Shown here: in pieces, positions 47,159 to 56,490 of the stretch
Layout of the letters: each line of letters begins with the position of its first letter
Numbering within the stretch: position 1 is the first letter of the stretch
Virus record (IMG/VR): IMGVR_UViG_3300045988_107537
Location: 1 to 64,000 of that record
Strand: one strand, 5' to 3'
Length of the DNA: 64,000 bases
Source: a virus
The notes under the pieces: model-generated
Databases searched by the model: none
Told to the model about the DNA's origin: nothing
Seen by the model: the letters and a program-made list of their open reading frames with translations, nothing else
Made by a program: the position numbers and the translations under genes

Positions 47159-47485
47159 TTAGTGCCCGTACAACTCAGGATTTTCCGATACAAATACACT
47201 GGTATTATCGAAGATCATCTCATACGCTTTCTCTTTATCGCCCGACCTAAGCTCTATCCTCCTTACTTCGTAGCATTCTTGCCGCAACTCAACATGACTT
47301 TCGTTTCCAAAAAATCCAATACCTTTGACAATCCCATGCGTCTCTACACCAATGTCGTCCATCTCTTTGCAGACCATGTGAACATCCACATCATTGCAAA
47401 CAAAGCAGACCCACACTCGCTTTTTTCTTATGTATTTCAGAAAACTCTCGGCCTGTATAACTTCCAAGACTTTTTTCTCACTCAT
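47159..47485 (-). CDS. Hypothetical protein.
   Basis: A 108-aa ORF with a GGAAGG RBS and a strong promoter upstream. Confidence 0.55.
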   Translation of the reverse strand: MSEKKVLEVIQAESFLKYIRKKRVWVCFVCNDVDVHMVCKEMDDIGVETHGIVKGIGFFGNESHVELRQECYEVRRIELRSGDKEKAYEMIFDNTSVFVSENPELYGH

Positions 47486-47527
47486 CGAAATACCGCCTTC
47501 CGCTCACATAAACAACTTTCAAGATAT

Positions 47528-47555
47528 ATTATACACACCATTTTGTTTTAGTCAA
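47528..47555 (-). promoter_or_regulatory. Sigma70-like promoter TTGACT-16nt-TGTGTATAAT (extended -10).
   Basis: Read directly on the minus strand. Confidence 0.5.
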
Positions 47556-47609
47556 TATATAATACAGCTTTTTGTTGTTGTAAAAGCTTAAAATTTTAGA
47601 TGATACCAT

Positions 47610-48224
47610 TCACTCGGCATCATCCACAACCAACTTCGAATTATAATAGAACCTATGTGCGCCAAATTTACCCGCGAACGTTGCTCCTTGCTCGTGCCAA
47701 CTGCCAGGAGCTGCTGCCGGAGTCACAAACCATTGGATTGGTTTGTCCGAAATTTTAGCGCCATAGTCAAACACCATGGACACGGCCAGTTCGTTCTCTG
47801 CCGTTACCTTCCTATTATATAAGGTACTGTACCCATACTTCTTGAAGACCTGTTGGATGGTTAAGCCATCAAGCACGGCAGAATTATAAAGGCATTGAGC
47901 CACGGCCATCTGACCTTCTAGGCTATCAGCACCTGCTTCACAAGCAACGATCTGCTCCGCAAGAGCACGCTCGTCATCTGTGAGTTCATGTTTACCCTGG
48001 CTGAAATTCACAACTCGCGTCTCAACGATTTCCTTTACGAAGATCACAGGCTCGTCATTCTCATCTTCTTTTGTTGCTTGTGCAACATTTGAAGTAAATT
48101 GACCATTATAATATGTGTACGCGCTTTCAGCTCCAACATTTGGTAACGTTTTCGCTACTAGGTTCCCTGCCAGCAAGCACATTATACATACAATAGCAAC
48201 GCTTTGCTCACGATTTATTAACAA
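47610..48224 (-). CDS. SleB-like cell-wall hydrolase (Hydrolase_2 family) with an N-terminal signal/TM anchor.
   Basis: ALAEQIVACEAGADSLEGQMAVAQCLYNSA matches the SleB catalytic region; an N-terminal hydrophobic segment is present. Confidence 0.55.
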   Translation of the reverse strand: MLINREQSVAIVCIMCLLAGNLVAKTLPNVGAESAYTYYNGQFTSNVAQATKEDENDEPVIFVKEIVETRVVNFSQGKHELTDDERALAEQIVACEAGADSLEGQMAVAQCLYNSAVLDGLTIQQVFKKYGYSTLYNRKVTAENELAVSMVFDYGAKISDKPIQWFVTPAAAPGSWHEQGATFAGKFGAHRFYYNSKLVVDDAE

Positions 48225-48252
48225 CTTATTAGTGATAAATAAAGCCTCCTCT

Positions 48253-48430
48253 CAGCTTTCAATCTCCCAATCGCCTGCATTAAACTCAGTTGATGGATAT
48301 ACACAATGATCCGACATGAAGCACATGATCTTCTGCCCTGCCCCATAAAAATCATAATCAATAACTTTCATTGTGTCCCCGTCTTCGGCCACAATAGTCT
48401 GTCCAGCTTTTAAAACATCAAAAGTTTTCA
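48253..48430 (-). CDS. Small hypothetical protein (59 aa), not in the ORF track.
   Basis: MKTFDVLKAGQTIVAEDGDTMKV... with a TAGGAG RBS. Confidence 0.4.
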
Positions 48431-48458
48431 TAATATCACTCCTAAAATATTGGTTTTA

Positions 48459-48770
48459 TCAATCACGGTGCAGACAATCCGCATCATAATCCAGATATTC
48501 CGTCACATTGTCTTCCAGCAGCATAAACACCATTTTTCCAAACATCTTGTGCGCAGAGTCCATGATTGCTGCGGCCACAGAATCTGTTTCATCCCACATT
48601 CCAAGAACATCCAGAGTCTTATTGAATGGACCATTCGGCTTATTATTCACTCCATGCTCAAAATCATACAAGTCATAACACAGAGCTAAGAACTCAGTTG
48701 GCCCAAGATTATTGTCGATATACCGCTTTACCTCTCTAAATTTAACTTCCTTTATAACTCTTCTCTTCAT
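48459..48770 (-). CDS. Hypothetical protein.
   Basis: A 103-aa ORF. Confidence 0.5.
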   Translation of the reverse strand: MKRRVIKEVKFREVKRYIDNNLGPTEFLALCYDLYDFEHGVNNKPNGPFNKTLDVLGMWDETDSVAAAIMDSAHKMFGKMVFMLLEDNVTEYLDYDADCLHRD

Positions 48771-48804
48771 ATTATCGTCTCCCTAAAAGATTAGTTTTAT
48801 CAAA

Positions 48805-48993
48805 TTACTCTTTTGCAGCGTCCAGAAGCATCTTGGCAAGTTCTTTCGCTTGTTTTACTGTAAGATGAACCTCTTGGCATTCAACGTCAACGAAAAACAC
48901 GACACGATTCGTCTCTTTTTCTTTGTGGATGCTAAATTCCACAGGGCTGCCCCATTCGTCGGATGCTTCTAAGCATTTATAGTTTAATTTCAT
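48805..48993 (-). CDS. Hypothetical protein.
   Basis: A 62-aa ORF. Confidence 0.4.
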   Translation of the reverse strand: MKLNYKCLEASDEWGSPVEFSIHKEKETNRVVFFVDVECQEVHLTVKQAKELAKMLLDAAKE

Positions 48994-49010
48994 TACGAAC
49001 CCTCCTAAAG

Positions 49011-49185
49011 CTCAGCTTTTATCAGAATTTTTAAAACGGCATGATAATGGCGCACACATATCAATCTGTTCAAGTCTTACCAATTTTTCATTTCCTTTTA
49101 CTTTGACAAAAACAATTGCTCCACAATCCAAAAATTTATTTACAGTATCAATAGCTCTTGCAAATTCCTTCGTATTATCTTCCAT
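49011..49185 (-). CDS. Small hypothetical protein (57 aa), not in the ORF track.
   Basis: MEDNTKEFARAIDTVNKF... with an AGGAGG RBS. Confidence 0.4.
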
Positions 49186-49218
49186 AACACATCCTCCTAA
49201 ATCTTAACTTTTATCACA

Positions 49219-49518
49219 TCAACTACGTTCTTTAATCAAACCATTAGCCGATGCCTCTGCTCTTAATTTTATGAGTTCTTTCTTTGTTTCAAAATTTTTC
49301 TCATATCTTTCCATAAAAGCCTGAACGTTCATGTTCTTCTGGTTATTCTGAAAGATAAATTCATCTAAAATACCATCTTTTGTTACCGTATAAATATCCT
49401 TTGATGTATACTGTTTTTTCAATTTCACCTCAAAGCCATGTTTTAATAGCCAAGAGATAGCTAGTTCCTCTTGTTTATTAAAGTCCCATTTTTTATTTTC
49501 AAGTCCTTGTAAATTCAT
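49219..49518 (-). CDS. Hypothetical protein.
   Basis: A 99-aa ORF. Confidence 0.45.
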   Translation of the reverse strand: MNLQGLENKKWDFNKQEELAISWLLKHGFEVKLKKQYTSKDIYTVTKDGILDEFIFQNNQKNMNVQAFMERYEKNFETKKELIKLRAEASANGLIKERS

Positions 49519-49623
49519 AAGTCCACCTCATTCCATGCTTGCGCATTCTGTGGTTATGCAAAGTTTAACAGCACAACCAATCATAGTCAAGTAATTTCCA
49601 ACATTTTCATAAGAACCCGGATT

Positions 49624-49869
49624 TTACTCCGTCTCTGCCTTTCCACCAACTCCGGCGATAAACACCCGATGCTTTCCATTCTCGTCACGCTGCCAATCAC
49701 CACCAAGCATCTCAATCGTATGGCACACTGAATAATAAGCTACGGTTGAATTGACGGCCTCTTTGTCTCTTTCAAAATCATTCGTTTTTATAAAATACCA
49801 GTTGCTATCAAGCCAATTGACTACCTTTATAACCCCTGCACGAAGCTCTTTTTCTTTCTTGTTTGCCAT
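49624..49869 (-). CDS. Hypothetical protein.
   Basis: An 81-aa ORF. Confidence 0.45.
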   Translation of the reverse strand: MANKKEKELRAGVIKVVNWLDSNWYFIKTNDFERDKEAVNSTVAYYSVCHTIEMLGGDWQRDENGKHRVFIAGVGGKAETE

Positions 49870-49888
49870 TTTATTTTACTCCTTTGTT

Positions 49889-50398
49889 TTACATATCCTG
49901 ATTTACAGAGTTCCATGCCTCGGTCGAAATGCTGTCATTCTCATCAGACAGGCGATCAATCCAAGCGCTCAACACTTCTCTGTACACCGTCATATTCGGG
50001 CAGAAGTGACTATTTGTGAATACCGGCATATCGTCATTACACAGAATTCTCATAATAGCAGCACACACGGCTGCAGATCTCGATACGCCAGCAGCACAAT
50101 TTACGCAGAACCAATCGGTCTTATCTGCTTCGTGGTTATCCAAGACAAATTTCACAATATTCCTAGCTTGAATATCCGTAATACATGTACCTTCCAGATC
50201 AGTAGTGCAATCATCAAACTTCAATGGAAGGAATGTGATGTTACCTTCACACTTATGAAAATCAATGTGATGGCCATTAGCTTCAGTAATTGAGATAAAC
50301 CGAATTCGTTCGAAATGCGGCTGTCGGATAAAGTCTTCTGCATCTTCTGCACTCATCACCGAGAACTTCCATTTTCTTCGATACATAGTAACAATCAT
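49889..50398 (-). CDS. Dual-specificity / protein-tyrosine phosphatase (CX5R).
   Basis: The active-site motif VNCAAGVSRSAAV (HCxxGxxRS-type) is present. Confidence 0.65.
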   Translation of the reverse strand: MIVTMYRRKWKFSVMSAEDAEDFIRQPHFERIRFISITEANGHHIDFHKCEGNITFLPLKFDDCTTDLEGTCITDIQARNIVKFVLDNHEADKTDWFCVNCAAGVSRSAAVCAAIMRILCNDDMPVFTNSHFCPNMTVYREVLSAWIDRLSDENDSISTEAWNSVNQDM

Positions 50399-50421
50399 AT
50401 TCTACGCCTCTTTCTTTTCTT

Positions 50422-50730
50422 TTAACGTGACACTAAGATTTTTAATCTTCCTTCTCTAATGCCTACGCATTTGATGTCGTTCCATTCGCATTTTGTAAGT
50501 ATACCACCAAGACACTCTCCGTGTTCGCTTTCCAAAAATTTAATAACTTCTTGAAATTTATCGTAACTAATCCAAACGCCATTGTCCAAATCATCAAGAG
50601 AGTATCCAAAACCATTCATTAGGCAACGGCAAATCGTACCGCCCGGAGTTTTCCCAATCCGAAAATCAGGAATATATTCGTTGTCAGAGTAAAAGTAAAG
50701 TGAAAGTCCCATTTTATATTTTCCCTCCAA
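50422..50730 (-). CDS. Hypothetical protein.
   Basis: A 102-aa ORF. Confidence 0.45.
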   Translation of the reverse strand: MEGKYKMGLSLYFYSDNEYIPDFRIGKTPGGTICRCLMNGFGYSLDDLDNGVWISYDKFQEVIKFLESEHGECLGGILTKCEWNDIKCVGIREGRLKILVSR

Positions 50731-50735
50731 AGAAT

Positions 50736-51011
50736 TTAGGTTTTATTGTTTTCATAAAGTTTTAACATAATTTCTAGCGAAACAGAATCCAGACTACCAT
50801 ATTGAACCAAATTAAGCGCCATGTAAAAATTCCTTCGAATATTAAAGTCCACTACGTCCTTTATCTCACCGCCTTTTTGAGCGTGATACAAAATATTATT
50901 TAACTTAAACAGTTCCTGATAACTTAACTTGACAACGGCATCACCATCTCTCCCTTTTGGATTTTCATTTCCATTAAAACTCAGAATATTCATATTTACA
51001 CCTCCAGTCAA
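50736..51011 (-). CDS. Hypothetical protein.
   Basis: A 91-aa ORF. Confidence 0.45.
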   Translation of the reverse strand: MTGGVNMNILSFNGNENPKGRDGDAVVKLSYQELFKLNNILYHAQKGGEIKDVVDFNIRRNFYMALNLVQYGSLDSVSLEIMLKLYENNKT

Positions 51012-51202
51012 ATATCTAAATCTTTAAAATCAACCACTTCTGATTCACCATCATATTCAACATCTACATTCGATAAATATGTTTTGTACATCTTTTTACG
51101 ACGTATAGCAGCTTCCATACTCGGATGTCGAATATCATAAAGCAACTGTTTAAGTTCTTCATCCGTCAAATTATACTCTTCTTGCAACATACTCATATCC
51201 AC
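51008..51202 (-). CDS. Hypothetical protein.
   Basis: A 64-aa ORF. Confidence 0.4.
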   Translation of the reverse strand: MDMSMLQEEYNLTDEELKQLLYDIRHPSMEAAIRRKKMYKTYLSNVDVEYDGESEVVDFKDLDI

Positions 51203-51297
51203 ACCTCTTAATCAAAACGCAAACGGATTACTATTCACTGCCATTATCAACACCACATTCAAAGCAAATATCATAAACGCGGTCATTCTTTATCACC

Positions 51298-51486
51298 TCA
51301 ATCTCTAAATTCAATATCGACAACAATATTTTCTGGCTCTGTCATGTACCTTCGTGCCAGCAGTTCTACCATGCGTTCCTTGTCCCCAAGATTGCTATTA
51401 CGCAAAAGATACGAACAAACTTGCCTACCTCTATACAAGAACACAGCCCATGCATTTCTCCTCAATGGGTTTGTTGTGTTAATCAT
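51298..51486 (-). CDS. Hypothetical protein.
   Basis: A 62-aa ORF. Confidence 0.4.
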   Translation of the reverse strand: MINTTNPLRRNAWAVFLYRGRQVCSYLLRNSNLGDKERMVELLARRYMTEPENIVVDIEFRD

Positions 51487-51788
51487 TCCATCGCTTCCTC
51501 CAGAGATGTGGTCACATCACCAAAGTCAAAATCCAGAGCACCAATCATATCCTCCAGAGCATCCACAGCATCAGACAAATTCGTGCAAGCATCATCTGCT
51601 TTATCATACCGCTCACCCCCCTGCAGATTTTCCGGCATGTTGTCACGATACTCTTCTTCTTCCCACTGGATGTTCTCGACGTCTGATTTTACACTTTCGA
51701 CCTCCGATACAAGCTCTTCCAGCTTCTTACGGATGAAATCAAAGCGATCAATGGTCTGCTTAATAGCTTTTCTGCGATTATTATTCAT
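51483..51788 (-). CDS. Hypothetical acidic coiled-coil protein.
   Basis: Start refined to MNNNRRK with a GAAAGGGG RBS. Confidence 0.45.
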   Translation of the reverse strand: MNNNRRKAIKQTIDRFDFIRKKLEELVSEVESVKSDVENIQWEEEEYRDNMPENLQGGERYDKADDACTNLSDAVDALEDMIGALDFDFGDVTTSLEEAME

Positions 51789-51802
51789 TTTCAAATCCCC
51801 TT

Positions 51803-52204
51803 TCAATCTACAATACCAAGCTTGCAAATGTTTTTCGGATCAGTGATATAACCAAACGTCAACGTGTTTCGCAGATACCCCTTATACTCAAATCCACGAT
51901 CACGAGCTGCCAGACGGCACACATCTCGAATCGCAGATTCTCTCGGCCAAGAGATGCCAGCCAGCTGATACTTCCACTGAAGATCTCTCAGCATCTGCCA
52001 CTCAATCACAGGCTTCTTTTCATTCTCAAAACATAAACCGTTCTGCACGGCATACTTCAAAGCATCACACCGCTTACTCTCTTCCGATGTACAAGTGCCC
52101 CATTCGTTTTCGAGACGGCGATATGCCCTATTGAACGGTGCTTGCTTTACCGCATCAATACCAAACGCTGCTCCAAGCAAACCCAAACCAAGTAACAACC
52201 CCAT
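51803..52204 (-). CDS. Hypothetical secreted protein (signal peptide).
   Basis: MGLLLGLGLLGAAFG forms a signal-like N-terminus. Confidence 0.45.
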   Translation of the reverse strand: MGLLLGLGLLGAAFGIDAVKQAPFNRAYRRLENEWGTCTSEESKRCDALKYAVQNGLCFENEKKPVIEWQMLRDLQWKYQLAGISWPRESAIRDVCRLAARDRGFEYKGYLRNTLTFGYITDPKNICKLGIVD

Positions 52205-52219
52205 AATTCAAACCTCCAT

Positions 52220-52900
52220 TCATGCTGTTTCCAGCTCTCTTTTAATTAGTGGACGACGTTTCGTCGCATTTTTTAACCAATCGCTTCCGTTAGGAGCTTG
52301 TCTATCTGCTCTAAGATTCCGACCACTCCCTATCGGACACACTCGGCGGTAATCATCAGCAGTCTTACAGCCAAGAGACTCTGCTTCGTCCAGAGCTTTT
52401 CGCACATAAGCCCATGTGCTACCGCCGAGATCAGAACACTTACCAATCACAGCAAGTACAAGTTCGTCGCCCATGCGCTCAACATATTCTGCCAAAGCTT
52501 TCTGCCCAGTAGTACCAAGCTCCCCGATGTTCTCTCGAAAAACATCCTCGACAGGTTTCGTCGTTGTCGTCTCATCATTAGACGAAGACGATATCTTATC
52601 TTTTTCTTTCTCTTTTTCTTTTTCTAGCTTGGTTTTGCTTGCGTTTGCTTCGTTTTGCTTACGCTTGCTTTCACCTCCAGCTTTTCCAGAAATGCGCTTA
52701 CCTTCGATGTATTCGGCATCTTTAATCAAATCTCTCTTGATAGCAGGCCACACGTACCGCTCATTTCCGATGAGTTCAGGCTCCGTTCCAGACGATTTAT
52801 ATTTCATCATCGCCAGTACCAGACGCCCCACCTCAGCAGCACTAAGGGGTTCAAAGTAGCTCTCGTAAGTATCCCAGATTTTAATATAAGTATCAGCCAT
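52220..52900 (-). CDS. DnaD-like replication protein (putative replication initiator / replisome organiser) with internal iteron-like repeats.
   Basis: The C-terminal LAVIGKCSDLGGSTWAYVRKALDEAESLG is DnaD-domain-like. The start is refined to MADTY with a GAGGTG RBS. Confidence 0.45.
   Translation of the reverse strand: MADTYIKIWDTYESYFEPLSAAEVGRLVLAMMKYKSSGTEPELIGNERYVWPAIKRDLIKDAEYIEGKRISGKAGGESKRKQNEANASKTKLEKEKEKEKDKISSSSNDETTTTKPVEDVFRENIGELGTTGQKALAEYVERMGDELVLAVIGKCSDLGGSTWAYVRKALDEAESLGCKTADDYRRVCPIGSGRNLRADRQAPNGSDWLKNATKRRPLIKRELETA
52588..52675. repeat. CT-rich tract followed by four or more direct repeats of TTTGCTT(G/A)CG inside the DnaD-like gene; candidate origin iterons.
   Basis: Read directly from the sequence: ggttttgcttgcg tttgcttcg ttttgcttacg cttgctttc. 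Confidence 0.45.
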
Positions 52901-52908
52901 CATACACC

Positions 52909-53787
52909 TCACATTGCTACAATTGAACAATGACAATCAACGCCATAGTCGATGTTAGAATAATATTCTCTATCAACGTCTGCATTTAATCCAATGTAGT
53001 GAAGCGTAATAGCCTGATTACTGTGATTCAGGCTATGTTGCAACCACGCAAGTGCCATCTGGTCATCCTTATGGTTCATCATGAATTGATAACCAAAAGT
53101 CTTTCGACAACTATGAGTCCCAAGTTTATAAGAAAGACCTAAATCTTTCTGAGCTTTTCTCATAATCTGTCCGAACGTATCAACATCAATCGGGTCACCT
53201 TTCTTCTTTGGATCAGCTTCATATTTTACAACTTTCACTGCATTTGATTTCCCCCCTCCAACTTTCCAGGAAGAAACACCCCCATTCGTTCTTAATGAAT
53301 TTTTACTACTTCCTTTCTGAGATGGAAAAAGCCACGAATGATACGATGGCCTCGTTAGCCGAATATATTCAGCTATAATCTGCATTGTGTTCTGCCCAAT
53401 TACAACATCGCGATATTTTCCTGTCTTTTTCTCCTTAAAGCGAACCTTGACTGTTTCATTAACAACAAGTTTTCCTTCAACCAGGTGCGATACATCTTCA
53501 ACTCTAAATCGAAGAAGGTCACTCGCACGAAATCCTGTAGCAATACCAAGATTAAACAAGCACCAATCTCTATACTTCTTTTTATTATAGAAGTATTCAG
53601 AAATAGCCTGAATGTCTTTTACGTCACGAATCGGTTCAACCTCACCATTTCGTGCCACCGAATATCGAGTGATGTTATAATTTTTTCCTTTAGAATATTG
53701 AGTTGTTTCTTGATTGACATCTTCATCTAAATATTCGTCAATACTTATAAAATTCGATTCATATTCTTCCTGTGCTAATGCTCCCAT
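52909..53787 (-). CDS. Tyrosine recombinase (phage integrase family), a second and intact copy.
   Basis: Box I GFRASDLLRFRVEDV, box II HSCRKTF and LHY with a catalytic Tyr are present. Confidence 0.7.
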   Translation of the reverse strand: MGALAQEEYESNFISIDEYLDEDVNQETTQYSKGKNYNITRYSVARNGEVEPIRDVKDIQAISEYFYNKKKYRDWCLFNLGIATGFRASDLLRFRVEDVSHLVEGKLVVNETVKVRFKEKKTGKYRDVVIGQNTMQIIAEYIRLTRPSYHSWLFPSQKGSSKNSLRTNGGVSSWKVGGGKSNAVKVVKYEADPKKKGDPIDVDTFGQIMRKAQKDLGLSYKLGTHSCRKTFGYQFMMNHKDDQMALAWLQHSLNHSNQAITLHYIGLNADVDREYYSNIDYGVDCHCSIVAM

Positions 53788-53802
53788 ATACTATATCTCC
53801 TT

Positions 53803-54027
53803 TTAGATTCCGTATTTCAAACAATATTTCCCATATGACAATCCTTCCGCATCAGCTAATCTTGTAATCTCAACAAATGTTGGCTTATGCTTCTTTTTAT
53901 TTTTACACCTAATAGATGCCTCGTTTCTAATAATTTTACGACATTTATCACAATAAAGTCTGCCACATTTTGGGCCATGCCATGTGACACCACAGCGATT
54001 ACACGTTATATCTCCATACACCATCAT
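53803..54027 (-). CDS. Small zinc-ribbon protein.
   Basis: CNRCG...CDKCRK. Confidence 0.45.
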   Translation of the reverse strand: MMVYGDITCNRCGVTWHGPKCGRLYCDKCRKIIRNEASIRCKNKKKHKPTFVEITRLADAEGLSYGKYCLKYGI

Positions 54028-54030
54028 ACC

Positions 54031-54279
54031 TTATACCTCAAATTCATCAATCATCCACTGATGCTTGTAATAATAGCCTTCACTCTCTTCTGTTACCAGA
54101 GCGCTAAAACTATCAATATAGGACTCTTCACTTGCATCTGGATGGCTCTCTTTGCATTCCATATAAGCCAGCTTCATCAATTCATATAGCTTCTTTTCGT
54201 CAGAAGAAACCTCAATTACATTTGCCTCTGCATAGAATTCCGTTTCTTCATAACAGTCATGTAAAACATAAATTCTCAT
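54031..54279 (-). CDS. Hypothetical acidic protein.
   Basis: Start refined to MRIYVLHD with a GAGG RBS. Confidence 0.45.
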   Translation of the reverse strand: MRIYVLHDCYEETEFYAEANVIEVSSDEKKLYELMKLAYMECKESHPDASEESYIDSFSALVTEESEGYYYKHQWMIDEFEV

Positions 54280-54289
54280 AATATGTACC

Positions 54290-54910
54290 TCAGTTCTTTT
54301 CAAACAAATCGTTACGAATCTTCGGAGTAAACTTACGATTGCCAAGTTGTTCAATAGCAGTTTCCAACCTACCATCTACCCAGCCCTTATCTTCTTCATT
54401 CATAATGATTTCAAGCAAAAACTTTGCGTCCTTAGCTTCCCTACGCTTCCGGCGAGCCCTTTTAAGTTCTGCCATAAGCTGATAACCTTGCGCTGCGTTT
54501 ACAGTCTTGAACTCAATAGCGTGTTCCAGATCATCAATCTCGTCGCCTGCAGCAGTCAGGTCACCATACACTTTTGAATACATTTCATTCAGATTGCACA
54601 TAGTCCTATCCGTAATAACCAAATCCTTTTTAAGTTTTGCAAGCCATTCGGAATCTTCCATCTGAAATGCGTATGTATTCGGCTTATCAGCCGGAGTTGC
54701 TATATTCGGACTCTTACCAACAATGGTGGCCTCGTCCATAGACTTTGGCGTGTAGTGTCCATTCTTATACCCGGCGGGAAGCTTATTGATTTCACAAATC
54801 GCCAGTCCCTTAGATTCAAACTGTAATGCCAGATTGATATCACAAGTAGCACAGATTCGACCTCCCTTTCGTTTCATAATGTAGTTATGACCATTTGATA
54901 TCACATACAT
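54290..54910 (-). CDS. Hypothetical protein.
   Basis: A 206-aa ORF. Confidence 0.5.
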   Translation of the reverse strand: MYVISNGHNYIMKRKGGRICATCDINLALQFESKGLAICEINKLPAGYKNGHYTPKSMDEATIVGKSPNIATPADKPNTYAFQMEDSEWLAKLKKDLVITDRTMCNLNEMYSKVYGDLTAAGDEIDDLEHAIEFKTVNAAQGYQLMAELKRARRKRREAKDAKFLLEIIMNEEDKGWVDGRLETAIEQLGNRKFTPKIRNDLFEKN

Positions 54911-56215
54911 TTACTTCTTCTCCTGCTCTTTCATCAGCTGCTTCACAGCCTTCTTAAACATCCGCATAGCATTATCACTTTCCAGGAAAACCTTAGTCTT
55001 CGGTTTAGGCATACAGCCATGAGCACGTTTGTATGCCTTCAATATACTTTCCATCTTTGTATAACCAATCTGGTCATAAATCATACGATAAGTCTTATGA
55101 TAATGAATTGTATTGTCTCCAATTTTCTTTGCCAGAGGTTCAACAACTGGAACCAGTTTTAATGCTGTCTCACTCTGCTTCTTAGGCTTCTCATTAACAA
55201 CTTCCTTGGCTTCCACCTCAACCACGGTAGCATCGTTCGCATTTACTTCAGGAATTGCTTCAATGGTCTTCAAAGCAGGACGAAGTTCATTCTGATTCTG
55301 GTGCAGACGCTCAATAGATGCTGCATACATATCTGCAACAACTGACCCCATAACGGATTTCCAAGTGGAGTCCTCTTCGATAATATCAATTGTAGAGATT
55401 TTCCCACTACGATTCGTTCTCTTAATATACTTTGCACGAGCATCTTCCAAAACGAAACCATAATTACGATTTAAATATTCATAGATCTTGTGAAGCGTCT
55501 CTTTATTTGTGTGACCTTTGGTATTTGCAATCACACCAATCTTGCTATACAAATCTTTACGCCAGTCACTCATTTCATCCTTAAACACATTGCGAGGAGT
55601 GTAGCTCTTAGCACGAATCGCGTTATCCATCTGCTTGTCCTTGATTTGATGGACGCACTGAGATACGCTACTAATCACATTCAGTGCCTCATTACTGGTA
55701 GCACGAGCTTCCTCGATCTGGTCACTAAGATCCTTTCGGGTAGAATCAAGCTCACTCTGAAGATTCTTCACACTATCAAACAGAGCATGAAGTCTTACAT
55801 CAATGAACTCCTTACTCAGTGCAGCATCCATCTGAGGCGTAGCCAGAACGGTATCACCACGCATCAAGGATTCCATGATGTCCCAGCAGAAATCCATGAA
55901 CGCATCTGCCTTTGGCTGACGACTAAAGCGGCAAATCTCCATTACGCCACGCAGATTATACATATAAGTTTGACGCATCTGCGTATGATTTCCGACCTCA
56001 GTGGTCAAATTGACCACCGAGCTCAATGGATTAAGACGATCTGCGTTACGGTCATGAATCTTAGAAATATTGCGAACAGGGTCTGTATATTCCAGCGCCG
56101 CACCAATCTGTTCACGGGTCATGTAATACTGGTGCTTATTATCCTCGTACACATCCACATTCAGTGCACCAAAAGGCTTAGATGTTATTACGGTCATAGA
56201 ATTGTTAGTAGTCAT
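54911..56215 (-). CDS. Phage antirepressor (Bro-N domain N-terminus, KilA-C-like C-terminus).
   Basis: FGALNVDVYEDNKHQYYMTREQIGAALEY...LRGVMEICRFSRQPKADAFMDFCWD matches the Bro-N consensus. The RBS is AAAGGAG. Confidence 0.65.
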   Translation of the reverse strand: MTTNNSMTVITSKPFGALNVDVYEDNKHQYYMTREQIGAALEYTDPVRNISKIHDRNADRLNPLSSVVNLTTEVGNHTQMRQTYMYNLRGVMEICRFSRQPKADAFMDFCWDIMESLMRGDTVLATPQMDAALSKEFIDVRLHALFDSVKNLQSELDSTRKDLSDQIEEARATSNEALNVISSVSQCVHQIKDKQMDNAIRAKSYTPRNVFKDEMSDWRKDLYSKIGVIANTKGHTNKETLHKIYEYLNRNYGFVLEDARAKYIKRTNRSGKISTIDIIEEDSTWKSVMGSVVADMYAASIERLHQNQNELRPALKTIEAIPEVNANDATVVEVEAKEVVNEKPKKQSETALKLVPVVEPLAKKIGDNTIHYHKTYRMIYDQIGYTKMESILKAYKRAHGCMPKPKTKVFLESDNAMRMFKKAVKQLMKEQEKK

Positions 56216-56238
56216 TTTGTTTTACTCCTTTATGTTTG

Positions 56239-56484
56239 TTAAGAAAAATCTGCGGTCAATTCTTCAAGCGGCCAGCTCTTATGGTCTGTATACTCATCAC
56301 TGAGTACATCCATCCAAAGATAATTTTCAATATCACCACTACTGTCATAATTGATACTAGACAGGTTGATTGTTTCGCCATCATTTCTCTTAAAGTAAAT
56401 CACAATCTCAGGATATGGCTCTGCAAAACCCTCTGCAACAATCTTCCCGATGGGTGTATCTACTTCAAATCGCTTTTCATTCAT
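56239..56484 (-). CDS. Hypothetical protein.
   Basis: An 81-aa acidic ORF. Confidence 0.45.
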   Translation of the reverse strand: MNEKRFEVDTPIGKIVAEGFAEPYPEIVIYFKRNDGETINLSSINYDSSGDIENYLWMDVLSDEYTDHKSWPLEELTADFS

Positions 56485-56490
56485 TTTTAT

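Noticed and set aside
47012-47551. A plus-strand 179-aa ORF downstream of the plus-oriented motif copy, considered as a real plus-strand gene.
   Set aside because: It is antisense to 47159..47485, which has a strong sigma70 promoter and RBS. The plus ORF lacks a properly spaced RBS and start, and its protein is of low complexity.
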